A program made the position numbers and the translations under genes. DNA of 63,320 bases, the filler included, from Octopus bimaculoides (taxonomy: Eukaryota): assembly GCF_001194135.2 (NCBI RefSeq). It is 5 parts of 4 records of this genome, joined end to end, with 100 filler letters (N's around TTAATTAATTAA, not from the genome) between each part and the next. Parts side by side here need not be neighbours in the genome. Positions count along the whole stretch, not along the records: positions 26,519 to 38,548 come from NC_068981.1; positions 38,649 to 53,222 come from NC_068987.1; 3 more parts are not named here. One strand, given 5' to 3'. Positions within the stretch are counted from its first letter, which is position 1, and each line of letters begins with the position of its first letter. A model generated the notes under the pieces. It ran no database searches. It saw nothing but the letters and a program-made list of their open reading frames with translations, and was not told where the DNA came from. Below, one piece after another: positions 28,165 to 38,649 of this stretch.

Positions 28165-29194
28165 CAATAATGATGATGATGATATTGAGATCTTACCAAG
28201 ATGTTGAAAGTCAAATTCGTGAAGTTAAAATATGCTAAAATATTGTGTGATGTTGATAATGAAGGTCAAAAATAAACATGAAAATACAAATCATGCAACT
28301 GCCATCAAACTGTTTCTTATCATGTTTAATGGGTAATAAATTTACTTTGAATGTCACAGATGGCAAAGTCATTAAGTTATCATCTGAGCCAGGAAGGGCC
28401 AATGAATTATATCTGACCACCTTCACTGTTGCTGCACTCACAGCTGAAAGTAACGCAGGGGATGCACAACTGGTGTTGTTGCTTGCAGTTTGAGCCAATT
28501 ATGTATACACATACTAGACAGTTCCACCTAGAATTACAGCAATGTAATAACATGTTGAAGTTTAACGACCTTTCATTAATTGAGCTCTTTATATTTTTTG
28601 GTGTTTATTCATCAATTCTCTCTCTAAAAATCTTAATTGAACAATAAATTTATCTATAATCTTCATAATACAGTTTCATTCAAAACAATTTCAATTGTGT
28701 CTCCAATTTCCTTCCATAGTTAAAGATATTTCAACCTGTTATTCTCAAATCAACAAATATTTGACTCCCTGCTTCAAATTTTTGTGAAAGATTTTCCTTC
28801 CTCCTTCCTCCTCAATGAGAACACAGAATACAGTTTCCGTCCATATCATTCTTGGATGTTGAACAAACTTAACAGATTTAAAACCACCTCAGTTTTTAAC
28901 TTGCAGGGCTGAAATCAAACTTCTTAAAATGACTAGATGGCTCTTTTAACGAAAGTATAGGCTACAGTTGTGGAATAGAGGAGCTGAACTCCAAGAACTC
29001 CAAGGAGAAATCTATAATTTGCTTTTAATTGCCATTGTAATTAGGTGTGGAGCATGAGAGACGGTACTTTTGGTAGGAGATTTTGCTATTCTTTACAGGA
29101 CAGCTCACCACTAGTCCTTGGTCCCTGCCAGGCACCCAGCTCTCACCTATGGTTCTAAGAAATATCTAAATGAGGAATCGATCTATTTTTGACT

Positions 29195-29400
29195 TGTTTC
29201 AGTCACTGGACTGTGGCCATGCTGCAGCACCACCTTGATGGGTCTTAGTTGAAAACATTGCCCCCCCACCCTAGTGCATATTTTTGAGTTTAGTACTTAT
29301 TTTATTGGTCACTTTTGTTAAACTGCTAAGTTACAGGGATGTAAACAACTAAACAGTTTTTCGGGTGATGGGTGGGGGAAAGCACAGGCGCAAACACAGA
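29195..29400 (-). mobile_element. SINE family A 3' half
   Basis: ttgtttcagtcactggactgtggccatgctgcagcaccacc...ctaagttacagggatgtaaac. Confidence 0.7.
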
Positions 29401-30718
29401 CACACACACACACACACACACACATGGAGCAAATAATTCACGAGAAAATAATTTGCAAAGATATCATTGACTCTATTATTATCTAGTGTAACAATTTAAA
29501 AATGATAATAACAGAATTAGTAATATAGGTGATTGCAGGCCCCCAAAAAGCATTAAATAGCTGAAGAGTTAAAATTAATCAAAGGACATAGTAAGTATAT
29601 CTACCTGCTGGAAATATCAATAAAAACTCTTATTTTGGTAACTTAAATAAGAGTTTTGACTGTTATTTCCAGCAGGTAGACATACTTCGCATGTCCTTTG
29701 ATTAATTTTATATATATATATATATNNNNNNNNNNNNNNNNNNNNNNNNNNNNNNNNNNNNNNNNNNNNNNNNNNNNNNNNNNNNNNNNNNNNNNNNNNN
29801 NNNNNNNNNNNNNNNNNNNNNNNNNNNNNNNNNNNNNNNNNNNNNNNNNNNNNNNNNNNNNNNNNNNNNNNNNNNNNNNNNNNNNNNNNNNNNNNNNNNN
29901 NNNNNNNNNNNNNNNNNNNNNNNNNNNNNNNNNNNNNNNNNNNNNNNNNNNNNNNNNNNNNNNNNNNNNNNNNNNNNNNNNNNNNNNNNNNNNNNNNNNN
30001 NNNNNNNNNNNNNNNNNNNNNNNNNNNNNNNNNNNNNNNNNNNNNNNNNNNNNNNNNNNNNNNNNNNNNNNNNNNNNNNNNNNNNNNNNNNNNNNNNNNN
30101 NNNNNNNNNNNNNNNNNNNNNNNNNNNNNNNNNNNNNNNNNNNNNNNNNNNNNNNNNNNNNNNNNNNNNNNNNNNNNNNNNNNNNNNNNNNNNNNNNNNN
30201 NNNNNNNNNNNNNNNNNNNNNNNNNNNNNNNNNNNNNNNNNNNNNNNNNNNNNNNNNNNNNNNNNNNNNNNNNNNNNNNNNNNNNNNNNNNNNNNNNNNN
30301 NNNNNNNNNNNNNNNNNNNNNNNNNNNNNNNNNNNNNNNNNNNNNNNNNNNNNNNNNNNNNNNNNNNNNNNNNNNNNNNNNNNNNNNNNNNNNNNNNNNN
30401 NNNNNNNNNNNNNNNNNNNNNNNNNNNNNNNNNNNNNNNNNNNNNNNNNNNNNNNNNNNNNNNNNNNNNNNNNNNNNNNNNNNNNNNNNNNNNNNNNNNN
30501 NNNNNNNNNNNNNNNNNNNNNNNNNNNNNNNNNNNNNNNNNNNNNNNNNNNNNNNNNNNNNNNNNNNNNNNNNNNNNNNNNNNNNNNNNNNNNNNNNNNN
30601 NNNNNNNNNNNNNNNNNNNNNNNNNNNNNNNNNNNNNNNNNNNNNNNNNNNNNNNNNNNNNNNNNNNNNNNNNNNNNNNNNNNNNNNNNNNNNNNNNNNN
30701 NNNNNNNNNNNNNNNNAT

Positions 30719-30839
30719 ATGGTATTTTTATATAAGCTTAAAGCTTATGGCGATCACCATTCAATAACTAATGAAAATAGTCTAATAAAGGGGCATATAA
30801 GCCCTCGCCATAAGCTTTAAGCTTATATAAAAATACCAT
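30719..30839. repeat. Perfect 35-bp inverted repeat with 51-bp spacer
   Basis: atggtatttttatataagcttaaagcttatggcga (30719-30753) is the exact reverse complement of 30805-30839; the spacer ends in the hairpin gggc-atataa-gccc. Confidence 0.9.
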
Positions 30840-31120
30840 CCACACCAAAAGCATATATGTGTGTGTGTTTGTGTGTCTGTGTTTGTCCCTCTCACCATGC
30901 CTGCCTCTATATAAATAGCGAATGTCATTTCTGTTTACTTGGATCCTTGTCCGTTTGTCTTGTTTGCAGTCAAATGTTTGTTTCACTTTGCTTTGCTTGT
31001 CTTGTATATCATTTCAAGAGAATATATTTTGTGTGCATTAATCACATATGTACTACATAGAATAGACATCATAGGACTTAAGTCTATGACCAGGCAAGAC
31101 AAATAGGAAGCAGTGCCAAA

Positions 31121-31284
31121 GGAACAGGTGTGGCTGCTGTGTGATAAGAAGTTTGCTTCCCAACCACCTGGCTCCAGGTTCAGTCCCACTGCATGGCACC
31201 TTGGGCAAGTGTCTTCTACTATAGCATCAAGTCAACCAAAGCGTTGTGAGTGGATTTAGTAGACAGACACTGAAAGAAGCTTAT

Positions 31285-31330
<46 letters not shown>

Positions 31331-31331
31331 C

Positions 31332-31369
<38 letters not shown>

Positions 31370-31500
31370 CTTTGCGTCTGTGTTTGTCCACCACCACTGC
31401 TTGACAACCGATGGTGGTGTGTTTACATCCCCATAACTTAGCAGTTCAGCCCCAGTATGGTCGCAGTCTAATGACTGAAGCAAGTTAAAGAATAAGAGAT
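31121..31500 (+). mobile_element. SINE family A, near full length
   Basis: tggctg.tgtgtgataag A-box-like, ggttcagtccc B-box-like, ggcaccttgggcaagtgtc CORE-like segment, internal (GT)n, 3' tail. Confidence 0.85.
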
Positions 31501-31544
31501 AAAGGTTTAAAAGTACCCTTCAATCGTTGGGCAATCTGCTGTGC

Positions 31545-31877
31545 TTGAGAAGACCTGTTGAGTCAAGTAAAATTGTTGTCATGGCTGATGTCAGTGCCGC
31601 CTGACTGACTCCCATGCTGGTGGCACATAAAAAGCATCATTCGAGCGTGGCCAATGCCAGTGCTGCCTGATTGGCTTTCGTGCTGGTGGCACATAAAAAA
31701 CACCCACTACAATTTCGTAATGGTTGGCATTAGGAAGGACATTCAGCTGTAGAAACCTTGCCAGATCAGATTGGAGCCTGGTGCAACCTCCCAGTTTGCC
31801 AGTCCTCAGTCAAACCATCCAACCCATGCCAGCATGGAAAGCAGACGTTAAATGATGATGATGATGATGATGATGAC
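31545..31877 (+). mobile_element. RTE LINE 3' UTR/tail
   Basis: ggcacataaaaagca repeat units, ggttggcattaggaaggacattcagctgtagaaac...catgccagcatggaaagcagacgttaaat(gat)n; the same tail is attached to the RTE ORF at 35.1-35.8 kb. Confidence 0.8.
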
Positions 31878-32385
31878 TTCTTTCGTTCTTTCTTTCAATT
31901 CACTGAAATACAACGATTACGCAACAGTTTTCCTTTCCTTTACATAATTTTTTTGTATTTTTATTGAACTTTGCAAGATCTTTTCAGCTGCAGATTTTGG
32001 GTAATAAGGCAGAGATGAGGCAACCCTCTGCTTTCATAGGTGGTTGGGCTGGTCTTGTAGCCCCATCCAGCCAAAAGAACTCTTGACCATCCCATTTGCA
32101 TTCTCATGTGGTTGGGTATCTTCCACTAGATCCATACTGATTCTGAACCAACAGGGAAATTTACAGCAGGGATATTCCCATGTTAATTGGGGGAGGGTCG
32201 TTCTCCAGCTTTTACGTCCGGAGCTGGTGTCTGGTTTCTTCCTAAGAAGTCGTTGAGGCCTGGATATATTTGAAAGAGCTTCATGACTTCAGTCATTAGG
32301 CCGAGAGGTTGACATCCACGAAGAAGATGGGATTCATCACTAATAGTCATTCTCATTTTGACTCAACTGGCCACCTCAGATGATA

Positions 32386-32410
32386 ACCCTAACCCTAACC
32401 CTAACCCTTT
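32386..32410. repeat. Interstitial telomeric repeat (CCCTAA)n with 8-bp direct flanks
   Basis: agatgata + accctaaccctaaccctaacccttt + agatgata. Confidence 0.75.
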
Positions 32411-33019
32411 AGATGATAGTCACACCTGTGGATCATTCTGGAATCCCTGTTACAAGAACAGACACAGGTGATGGTTGAGGTTCAGAGGGATAGACAGAGA
32501 GGGAGGCATAGACCAGGAGCTAATAACATGAAATAAAATCATAATGTAATAGAAGGACTGATAATAAGCAGTCTTAACTATTAAAATAGAGGAAGATCAA
32601 AAGTTTCATGATGGTGGGGAAAAGATACTTGGCTGCATTTGGAAGTATTGAAGGTAACAGTTCTACTGGGCATTCTATTCCAACAATAATTGGCACTGTC
32701 TTCGCTTTCTTCATTTTCCACAGCTGAGCTATTTCGTACTTAAGAGGGTTATATCTATCTTTTCGTCTTCCTTCTTGACTATTTATGGGTCAAACGAGTA
32801 TGCAGCATCAACTATATCATTATTATTATTATTATTATTATTATAGTAGCAGTCACACAGTATACAATATTGTGAGGTTGTTGATTGAAGATATTGTGTC
32901 TACCGGGGGTTTGTACTGTTTGTCAAGCTACAACAAGGACCTCAGACAGACAGTACTTTATGCAATTATTATTATTATTCTGGTAGAATCATTAACCAAC
33001 TGGACAAAATGCTTAACAG

Positions 33020-33186
33020 CATTTCGTTTGTTTTTACGTTCTGAGTTCAAATTCCATTGAGGTTGATTCTTTTCCTTTCATCCTTTCGGGGTCAATAAAA
33101 TAAGTACCAGTTGAACACTGGGGTCAATGTAATTCACTTGCACCTTCCTCCTTAAAAATTGCAGGCATTGTGCCAAAACTTGAAAC

Positions 33187-33237
<51 letters not shown>

Positions 33238-33240
33238 TAC

Positions 33241-33291
<51 letters not shown>

Positions 33292-33310
33292 TATTATTAT
33301 TATTATTATT

Positions 33311-33341
<31 letters not shown>

Positions 33342-33545
33342 CTGTTGTTGTTGTTAAGGCAGTGAGCTGGCAAAACCGTTAGCGGTATTTTGCCCATCTT
33401 TACGTTCCGAGTTCAAATTCCACCGAGGTCTACTTTGCTTTTCATCCTTTCGGGGTCGATAAAATAAGTACCAGCTGCATGCTGGGGTCGATGTAATCGA
33501 TTATCCCCCTCCCCTAAATTTCAGGCCTTGTACCTAGAGTAGAAA
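33020..33545 (+). mobile_element. Two tandem SINE family B copies separated by an (ATT)n/(GTT)n microsatellite (33188-33355)
   Basis: ttacgttc.gagttcaaattcc B-box and tttcatcctttcggggtc.ataaaataagtaccag core in both 33020-33185 and 33355-33545. Confidence 0.85.
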
Positions 33546-33588
33546 GGATTATTATTGTTATTATTATTATAAGTAGTAGTAGTAGTGA

Positions 33589-33900
33589 AGTGAAGGTGCA
33601 TGGCTTAGTGGTTAGGGCATCACGATTGTAAGGTTGTGAGTTCAATTCCTGGCAACGTGTTGTGTCCTTGAGCAAGACACTTTATTTCCCGTTTTTCCCA
33701 GTCCACTCAGCTGGCAAAAATGAGTTGTACTAGTATTTCAAAGGGGCCAACCTTGTCACACTCTTTGTCACGCTGAATCTCCCCAAGAACTATGTTAAGG
33801 GTACATGTGTCTGTGGAGTGCTCAGCCACTTGCACGTTAATCTCACAAGCAGGCAGTTCCGTTGACTGTATCAGCTGGGACCCTTGCTGTCGAAACCACC
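33589..33900 (+). mobile_element. SINE family C variant
   Basis: tggcttagtggttagg A-box, gagttcaattcc B-box, ttgtgtccttgagcaagacac, then the body shared with 19.6 and 49.3 kb. Confidence 0.8.
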
Positions 33901-34253
33901 CACCGAGTGTCCCTTTTAGTAGTAGTAGTAGTAGTAGTAGTAGAAGTGGGGTGGGGAAGAGGCAGCAGCAGTGTTAAAGTATTCCTGACATTTCTCAACC
34001 ATCTGCTTTCTCCCTTTCTTGCTTTCTCTCTCTCTCTCTCTCTCTGTATGTGTGTGTGTGTGTGTCTACAAATGCCCATATTGGTTACAGCCGATACTAA
34101 AGTTGCATTAAAAGTCAACAGCTTCCTCCAAAACAATTCATCACTTTCCTTTTGTCTATGTTTTCCTCGTTCCATACCATTTTTTTAAGCATCGATGTTC
34201 TTTTCTTTTCCTCTTCTATTTCCCTCCTCTTTTTTCTTCTTTACTGATAACAG

Positions 34254-34344
34254 ATCTCAAGTTTCACATCTCATGCATAGCAAACAATCAATAAAATTCA
34301 CCGGAATTCATGATGTGGATATTCCACATAGTGTTAACAACAAA
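34254..34344 (+). CDS. Candidate internal exon of an unidentified host gene (SQVSHLMHSKQSIKFTGIHDVDIPHSVNNK)
   Basis: ~50-nt polypyrimidine tract ending ...ctgataacag, donor AAA|GTAAGA, one open frame; no homology recognised. Confidence 0.3.
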
Positions 34345-34525
34345 GTAAGATGAGCCAACAATAGCCCAACACTGCTTCTACATCAGGGGTGGAGAAGATC
34401 CTACATTCTTGAACAATATTTGGCCCACGTTCACATCTGAATCTTCTTGCTAGCAAAAACTCTACAAAAATAGAAATAATACATTTCTAAATCTCTCAGA
34501 GGGATTTATGCAGTAGTGATACATT

Positions 34526-34949
34526 GAAGTAGTTGTATACTGTCAACTTAATGTGACAGTCCCCTGAAGGGAATAATACTACTGTTGGTTAGACCTAGGA
34601 AGCTGCACCGCTTCCTGTCGGCCTTGGCACATTTCCTGTGTCCTTATGTTTATAAGGGGGAGACAAGCACATCCACCCAGCTAAGCCTGCATCCAGAGAC
34701 ATGTTTCTGAGTCTTTGCTGGTCTTCTGAGTCTTTGATACTCCAGACTGATGACGAGCAAAGACTCAGAAACATGTCTCTGGATGCAGGCTTAGCTGCGT
34801 GGAGGTGCTTGTCTCCCCCTTGTAAACATAAGGACACAGGAAATGTGTCAGGGCCGACAGGAAGTGGTGAAGCTTCCTCGGTCTAAACAACAGTAGTATT
34901 ATTCCCTTCAGGGGACTGTCACATTAAGTTGACAGCATACAACTACTTC
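34526..34949. mobile_element. Foldback element family 2 (~424 bp, ~195-bp arms) with an internal hammerhead
   Basis: gaagtagttgtatactgtcaacttaatgtgacagtcccctgaaggg... is mirrored by ...cccttcaggggactgtcacattaagttgacagcatacaactacttc. Confidence 0.85.
34741..34783 (+). ncRNA. Minimal type-I hammerhead ribozyme motif
   Basis: UCCAGA-CUGAUGA-c-GAG caaaga CUC-a-GAA-ACAUGU-C^UCUGGA: 6-bp helix I, palindromic helix III, GUC cleavage triplet; C.A mismatch at the base of helix II. Confidence 0.7.
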
Positions 34950-35097
34950 TACGAAAATGATTTGTAAAAAAAAGACTAAAAAACATGTTTAATTCTTAAG
35001 ACTAAAACAGTAATCTAGCGTAATTTACATTAATTTTGACTTGATTCAGTTACTGGATTGCAGCCATGCTGGAGCAACATCATTGCAAAGAGTAGAC

Positions 35098-35860
35098 ATC
35101 ATCATCATCGTCATTTAACATCCGTTTTCCATGCTAGCATGGGTTGAACGGTTTGACTGAGGTCTGGAAAGTCAGCAGCTGCACCAGGCTCCAATCTGAT
35201 CTGGCAATGTTTCTACAGCTGGATGCCCTTCCTAACGCCAACCACTCCGAGAGTATAGTGGGTGCTTCTTACATGCCACTGACACAGGGAGCCAATCAGG
35301 CGGCCCTAACATCAATCACATTCGGAATAGTGCTTTTTACGTGCCACTGGCATGGGAGCTAGTGAGGGGGCATGGCCACAGCTACAATTTTAGTTTTACT
35401 TGACTCAACAGGTCTTCTCAAGCATATCCTATCACCCTACACATCAAGGGTACTCTTACATGGGCCGGACCTGCAACACTGGCATCGGCCATGGCTGCGA
35501 TCTCACTTTAGTTGCCGGGTCTTCTCAATCACAACATATTTCCAAAGGTCTCAGTCTCCTGTTATTGCCTCTGAGAGGCCCAACATTCAAAGATCATACT
35601 TCACCACCTCTTCTTGGGTCTACCTCTTCCACGGGTTCCTTCCACAGTTAGGGTGTGGCACTTCCTCACACAGCTGTCCTCATCCATACGCAACACATAA
35701 CCATACCAGTGCAGTTGTCTCTCTTGCACACCACATCTGATGCTTCTTATGTTCAACTTTTTTCTCAGGGCACTTACAACTCTGTCGTGTATGCACACTG
35801 ACATTACACAAGGGAAGAGCATCCTTATTGTTTACCTTTCTGCCTAGTCCTCAGCAGTGA
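35098..35860 (-). mobile_element. RTE LINE 3' end (ORF C-terminus plus 3' UTR and (gat)n tail)
   Basis: VSALRKKLNIRSIRCGVQERQLHWYGYVLRMDEDSCVRKCHTLTVEGTRGRGRPKK; UTR with ttaggaagggcatccagctg. Confidence 0.9.
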
Positions 35861-36477
35861 AACATGGGCCATAACTGCTGAGGACAGAAAAGCAAAAAAA
35901 TAAGGATGCTCTCCCTCGAGACAAAATCAGAACAGAGTATCCAGTTTTGCTTCATGAGGATGAGTAGGACTTACTGGTTGTATCTACACATGTACAATAC
36001 CCCAATTTTGGCCAAAAAACTGCTCTCCCTTGGAGGTCCCTTCCACATGTCTGTTCCACTCAATACTCTGATGAAGAAAGACTAACCATTCAAATGCCCC
36101 ACTTGTTAACGTGATGTCATTTCTCCTCAATTCTAGTCCCTGGCATTATTCTTTCTCCCTCACTTCCAGACTTGACATCTTCTTCCACTCCTCCATATAG
36201 GATCAGTTGAACAAATCAACTGTCATGCTCATTTTTAAGTCTAGTACTTATGGGGACACAAACAAACTGACATTGGTTATCAAACACTGGAAGGAAAGAC
36301 AAATACAAAGACATACACATACATACATGCATACATACATGCATGCATATATACATACATACACACATAGCAGGCTTCCACATACCTGCATGCATGCATA
36401 CATAAGTACATGCATACACACACAGAGCAAGCTTCCACATACCTGCATGCATATGTATATAATGGGCTTTCATATAT

Positions 36478-36512
<35 letters not shown>

Positions 36513-36620
36513 TTAACATCTGATTTCCGTGCTTGCATGGGTTGGACGATTTGACTGGAGTTGGTAAGGCCAGGGGCCACATCAAGCTAAATTGTCTGTT
36601 CTGGCATGGTTTCTATATAT
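36478..36620 (-). mobile_element. RTE 3' tail fragment
   Basis: (cat)n-ttaacatctgatttccgtgcttgcatgggttggacg. Confidence 0.7.
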
Positions 36621-36707
36621 ATATATATTACTCTTTTACTTGTTTCAGTGATTTGAATGTGGCCAAGTGATGTTGGGGGAGACAAAAACACAGACACACA
36701 AACATAT

Positions 36708-36740
<33 letters not shown>

Positions 36741-36845
36741 AATTCAAAAAAGGATAAAAATCTTTTACAAGAATTTTATCAAGAAGCCAGTGTGTAAAAA
36801 AATTCATAAGGGAAATTTCTATTCCCAAGAATATAATTATTCGTT

Positions 36846-37107
36846 TATATTTATATAAAGGGCATTATTACAGAAAAATAATAACGCCACACAGTGGACT
36901 TCTCAAAATAACCACATTTAGTACTTAATGCGAGGAAAAACAACCAACAGAAGACGACCAACTTTCTTTTAAATAAACTTAACTGTGTATTGACCAATTT
37001 CGCGATTACTAGAATGAATCTAGATTTCGCTCATCAGCATTCGGTACTAAATGGGGTTATTTTGGGAAGTCCAGTGTGTGGCATTATTTTTCTGTAATAA
37101 TGCCCCT

Positions 37108-37118
<11 letters not shown>
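36846..37118. mobile_element. Foldback element family 3 (~85-bp arms) with a hammerhead in the spacer
   Basis: Arm 36846-36931 mirrors 37037-37118 (tatatttatataaagggcattattacagaaaaata...catttagtac). Confidence 0.85.
36987..37042 (-). ncRNA. Minimal type-I hammerhead ribozyme motif (weak helix I)
   Basis: gaaug-CUGAUGA-GCGA(aau CUAGA uucau UCUAG uaa)UCGC-GAA-AUUGGU-C^aauac; canonical core and G10.1-C11.1 pair; helix I forms only 3 of 5 pairs. Confidence 0.6.
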
Positions 37119-37140
<22 letters not shown>

Positions 37141-37302
37141 GACGGGCTTCTTTCAGTTTCCATCTACCAAATCCACTCACAAGGCTTTGGTCAGCCCAAG
37201 GCTATAGTAGAAGACACTTGCCCAAGTTGCCACACAGTGGGACTGAACCCGGAACCATGTGGTTTGTAAGCAAGCTACTTACCACACAGCCACTCCTATG
37301 CC
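37141..37302 (-). mobile_element. SINE family A 5' half
   Basis: gacgggcttctttcagtttcc...gaagacacttgcccaag...gtgggactgaacccggaaccatgtgg...ccacacagccactcct. Confidence 0.9.
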
Positions 37303-37478
37303 TATATATANNNNNNNNNNNNNNNNNNNNNNNNNNNNNNNNNNNNNNNNNNNNNNNNNNNNNNNNNNNNNNNNNNNNNNNNNNNNNNNNNNNNNNNNNN
37401 NNNNNNNNNNNNNNNNNNNNNNNNNNNNNNNNNNNNNNNNNNNNNNNNNNATATATATATATATATATATATATACAC

Positions 37479-38145
37479 ATGATGAAGGTGACGGAGAGGG
37501 TCATAGCCCAACTAATTAGGGAAAGAGTCTGCTTAGATGAGATGCAGTTTGGTTTTGTGCCAGGTAGATGCACTACTGATGCCATATTCCTGGTACAGCA
37601 GCTGCAGGAGAAATACCTAGCCAAAGATAAACCTCTATACTTGGCTTTTGTGGACTTGGAGAAAGCCTATGACAGGGTCCCCTGATCCCTTATCTGGTGG
37701 GTGATGCAGAAACTGGGGATTGGCAAATGGTTAATAAGGGCTGTACAGGCCCTATACAGAGAAGCCATTAGTAAGGTTAGGGTTGGCAATTAGTCTAGTG
37801 AAGAATTCCAGCTAGAAGTAGGGGTCCACCAAGGATCAGCCCTCAGCCCCCTCCTATTCATCAAAGTCCTCCAGGCACTTAATAAAGAAATTCAAGACAA
37901 ACTGCCCCTGGGAGCTCCTCTATGCTGATGACCTGGCCCTCATAGAATCATTACCTGAACTAGAGAAGAAATTCCAGGTGTGGAAGCAAGGTTGAAGGGT
38001 CTTGGAGTCAATGTCACAAAGACCAAAGTTCTAGTAAGTAGGAAGGTGAACACCTCGCACCCACCTTCAGGTAGGTGGCCCTGCTCGATCTGTAGAACAG
38101 GTGTAGGTAGAAACTCCATAAGATGTACCCAGTGTAAGGGACTGA
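37479..38145 (+). pseudogene. RTE LINE reverse-transcriptase fragment
   Basis: EMQFGFVPGRCTTDAIFLVQQLQEKYLAKDKPLYLAFVDLEKAYDRVP...GVHQGSALSPLLF...WELLYADDLAL with stops and frameshifts. Confidence 0.93.
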
Positions 38146-38649
38146 AGTGAAAACCATGTGGTCGCAAAGCAAACTTCATAACCACACAGCCATATGGACT
38201 TTCTGAGAAAAGAGGGACTATCCCTTACAGATTATCATGTTCTAGCAATTGGTTTCTGATGCTAAAAAAGGTTCTCAATGATTCTATGCAGTTGCAAGGT
38301 TTGCTAGAAATAACAGCCGACACATCTGACAATGTAGTCCAGAGCAATGTTTCTCATAGGGGAAGGGCCTGGGAGGATTGAAAAGAAGAACAGCAGACAA
38401 ATTGCCTTGATTAATAAAACTAAGCGAGTTTTAAACTTTGGAAATTTTTCCAACACCATGACAAAGCAAGAAGAACTGTACAAAGATGAACTCCATTTTG
38501 TTTTCTTGTTAATGAAAATACATGAGGGGGGGAGGGGGAAATTGTATGNNNNNNNNNNNNNNNNNNNNNNNNNNNNNNNNNNNNNNNNNNNNTTAATTAA
38601 TTAANNNNNNNNNNNNNNNNNNNNNNNNNNNNNNNNNNNNNNNNNNNNT

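Noticed and set aside
33152-33397. Poly-N/L/I and HT/CV/YI-repeat ORFs throughout the window
   Set aside because: Translations of (ATT)n, (CA)n and (TA)n microsatellites with no coding signal.
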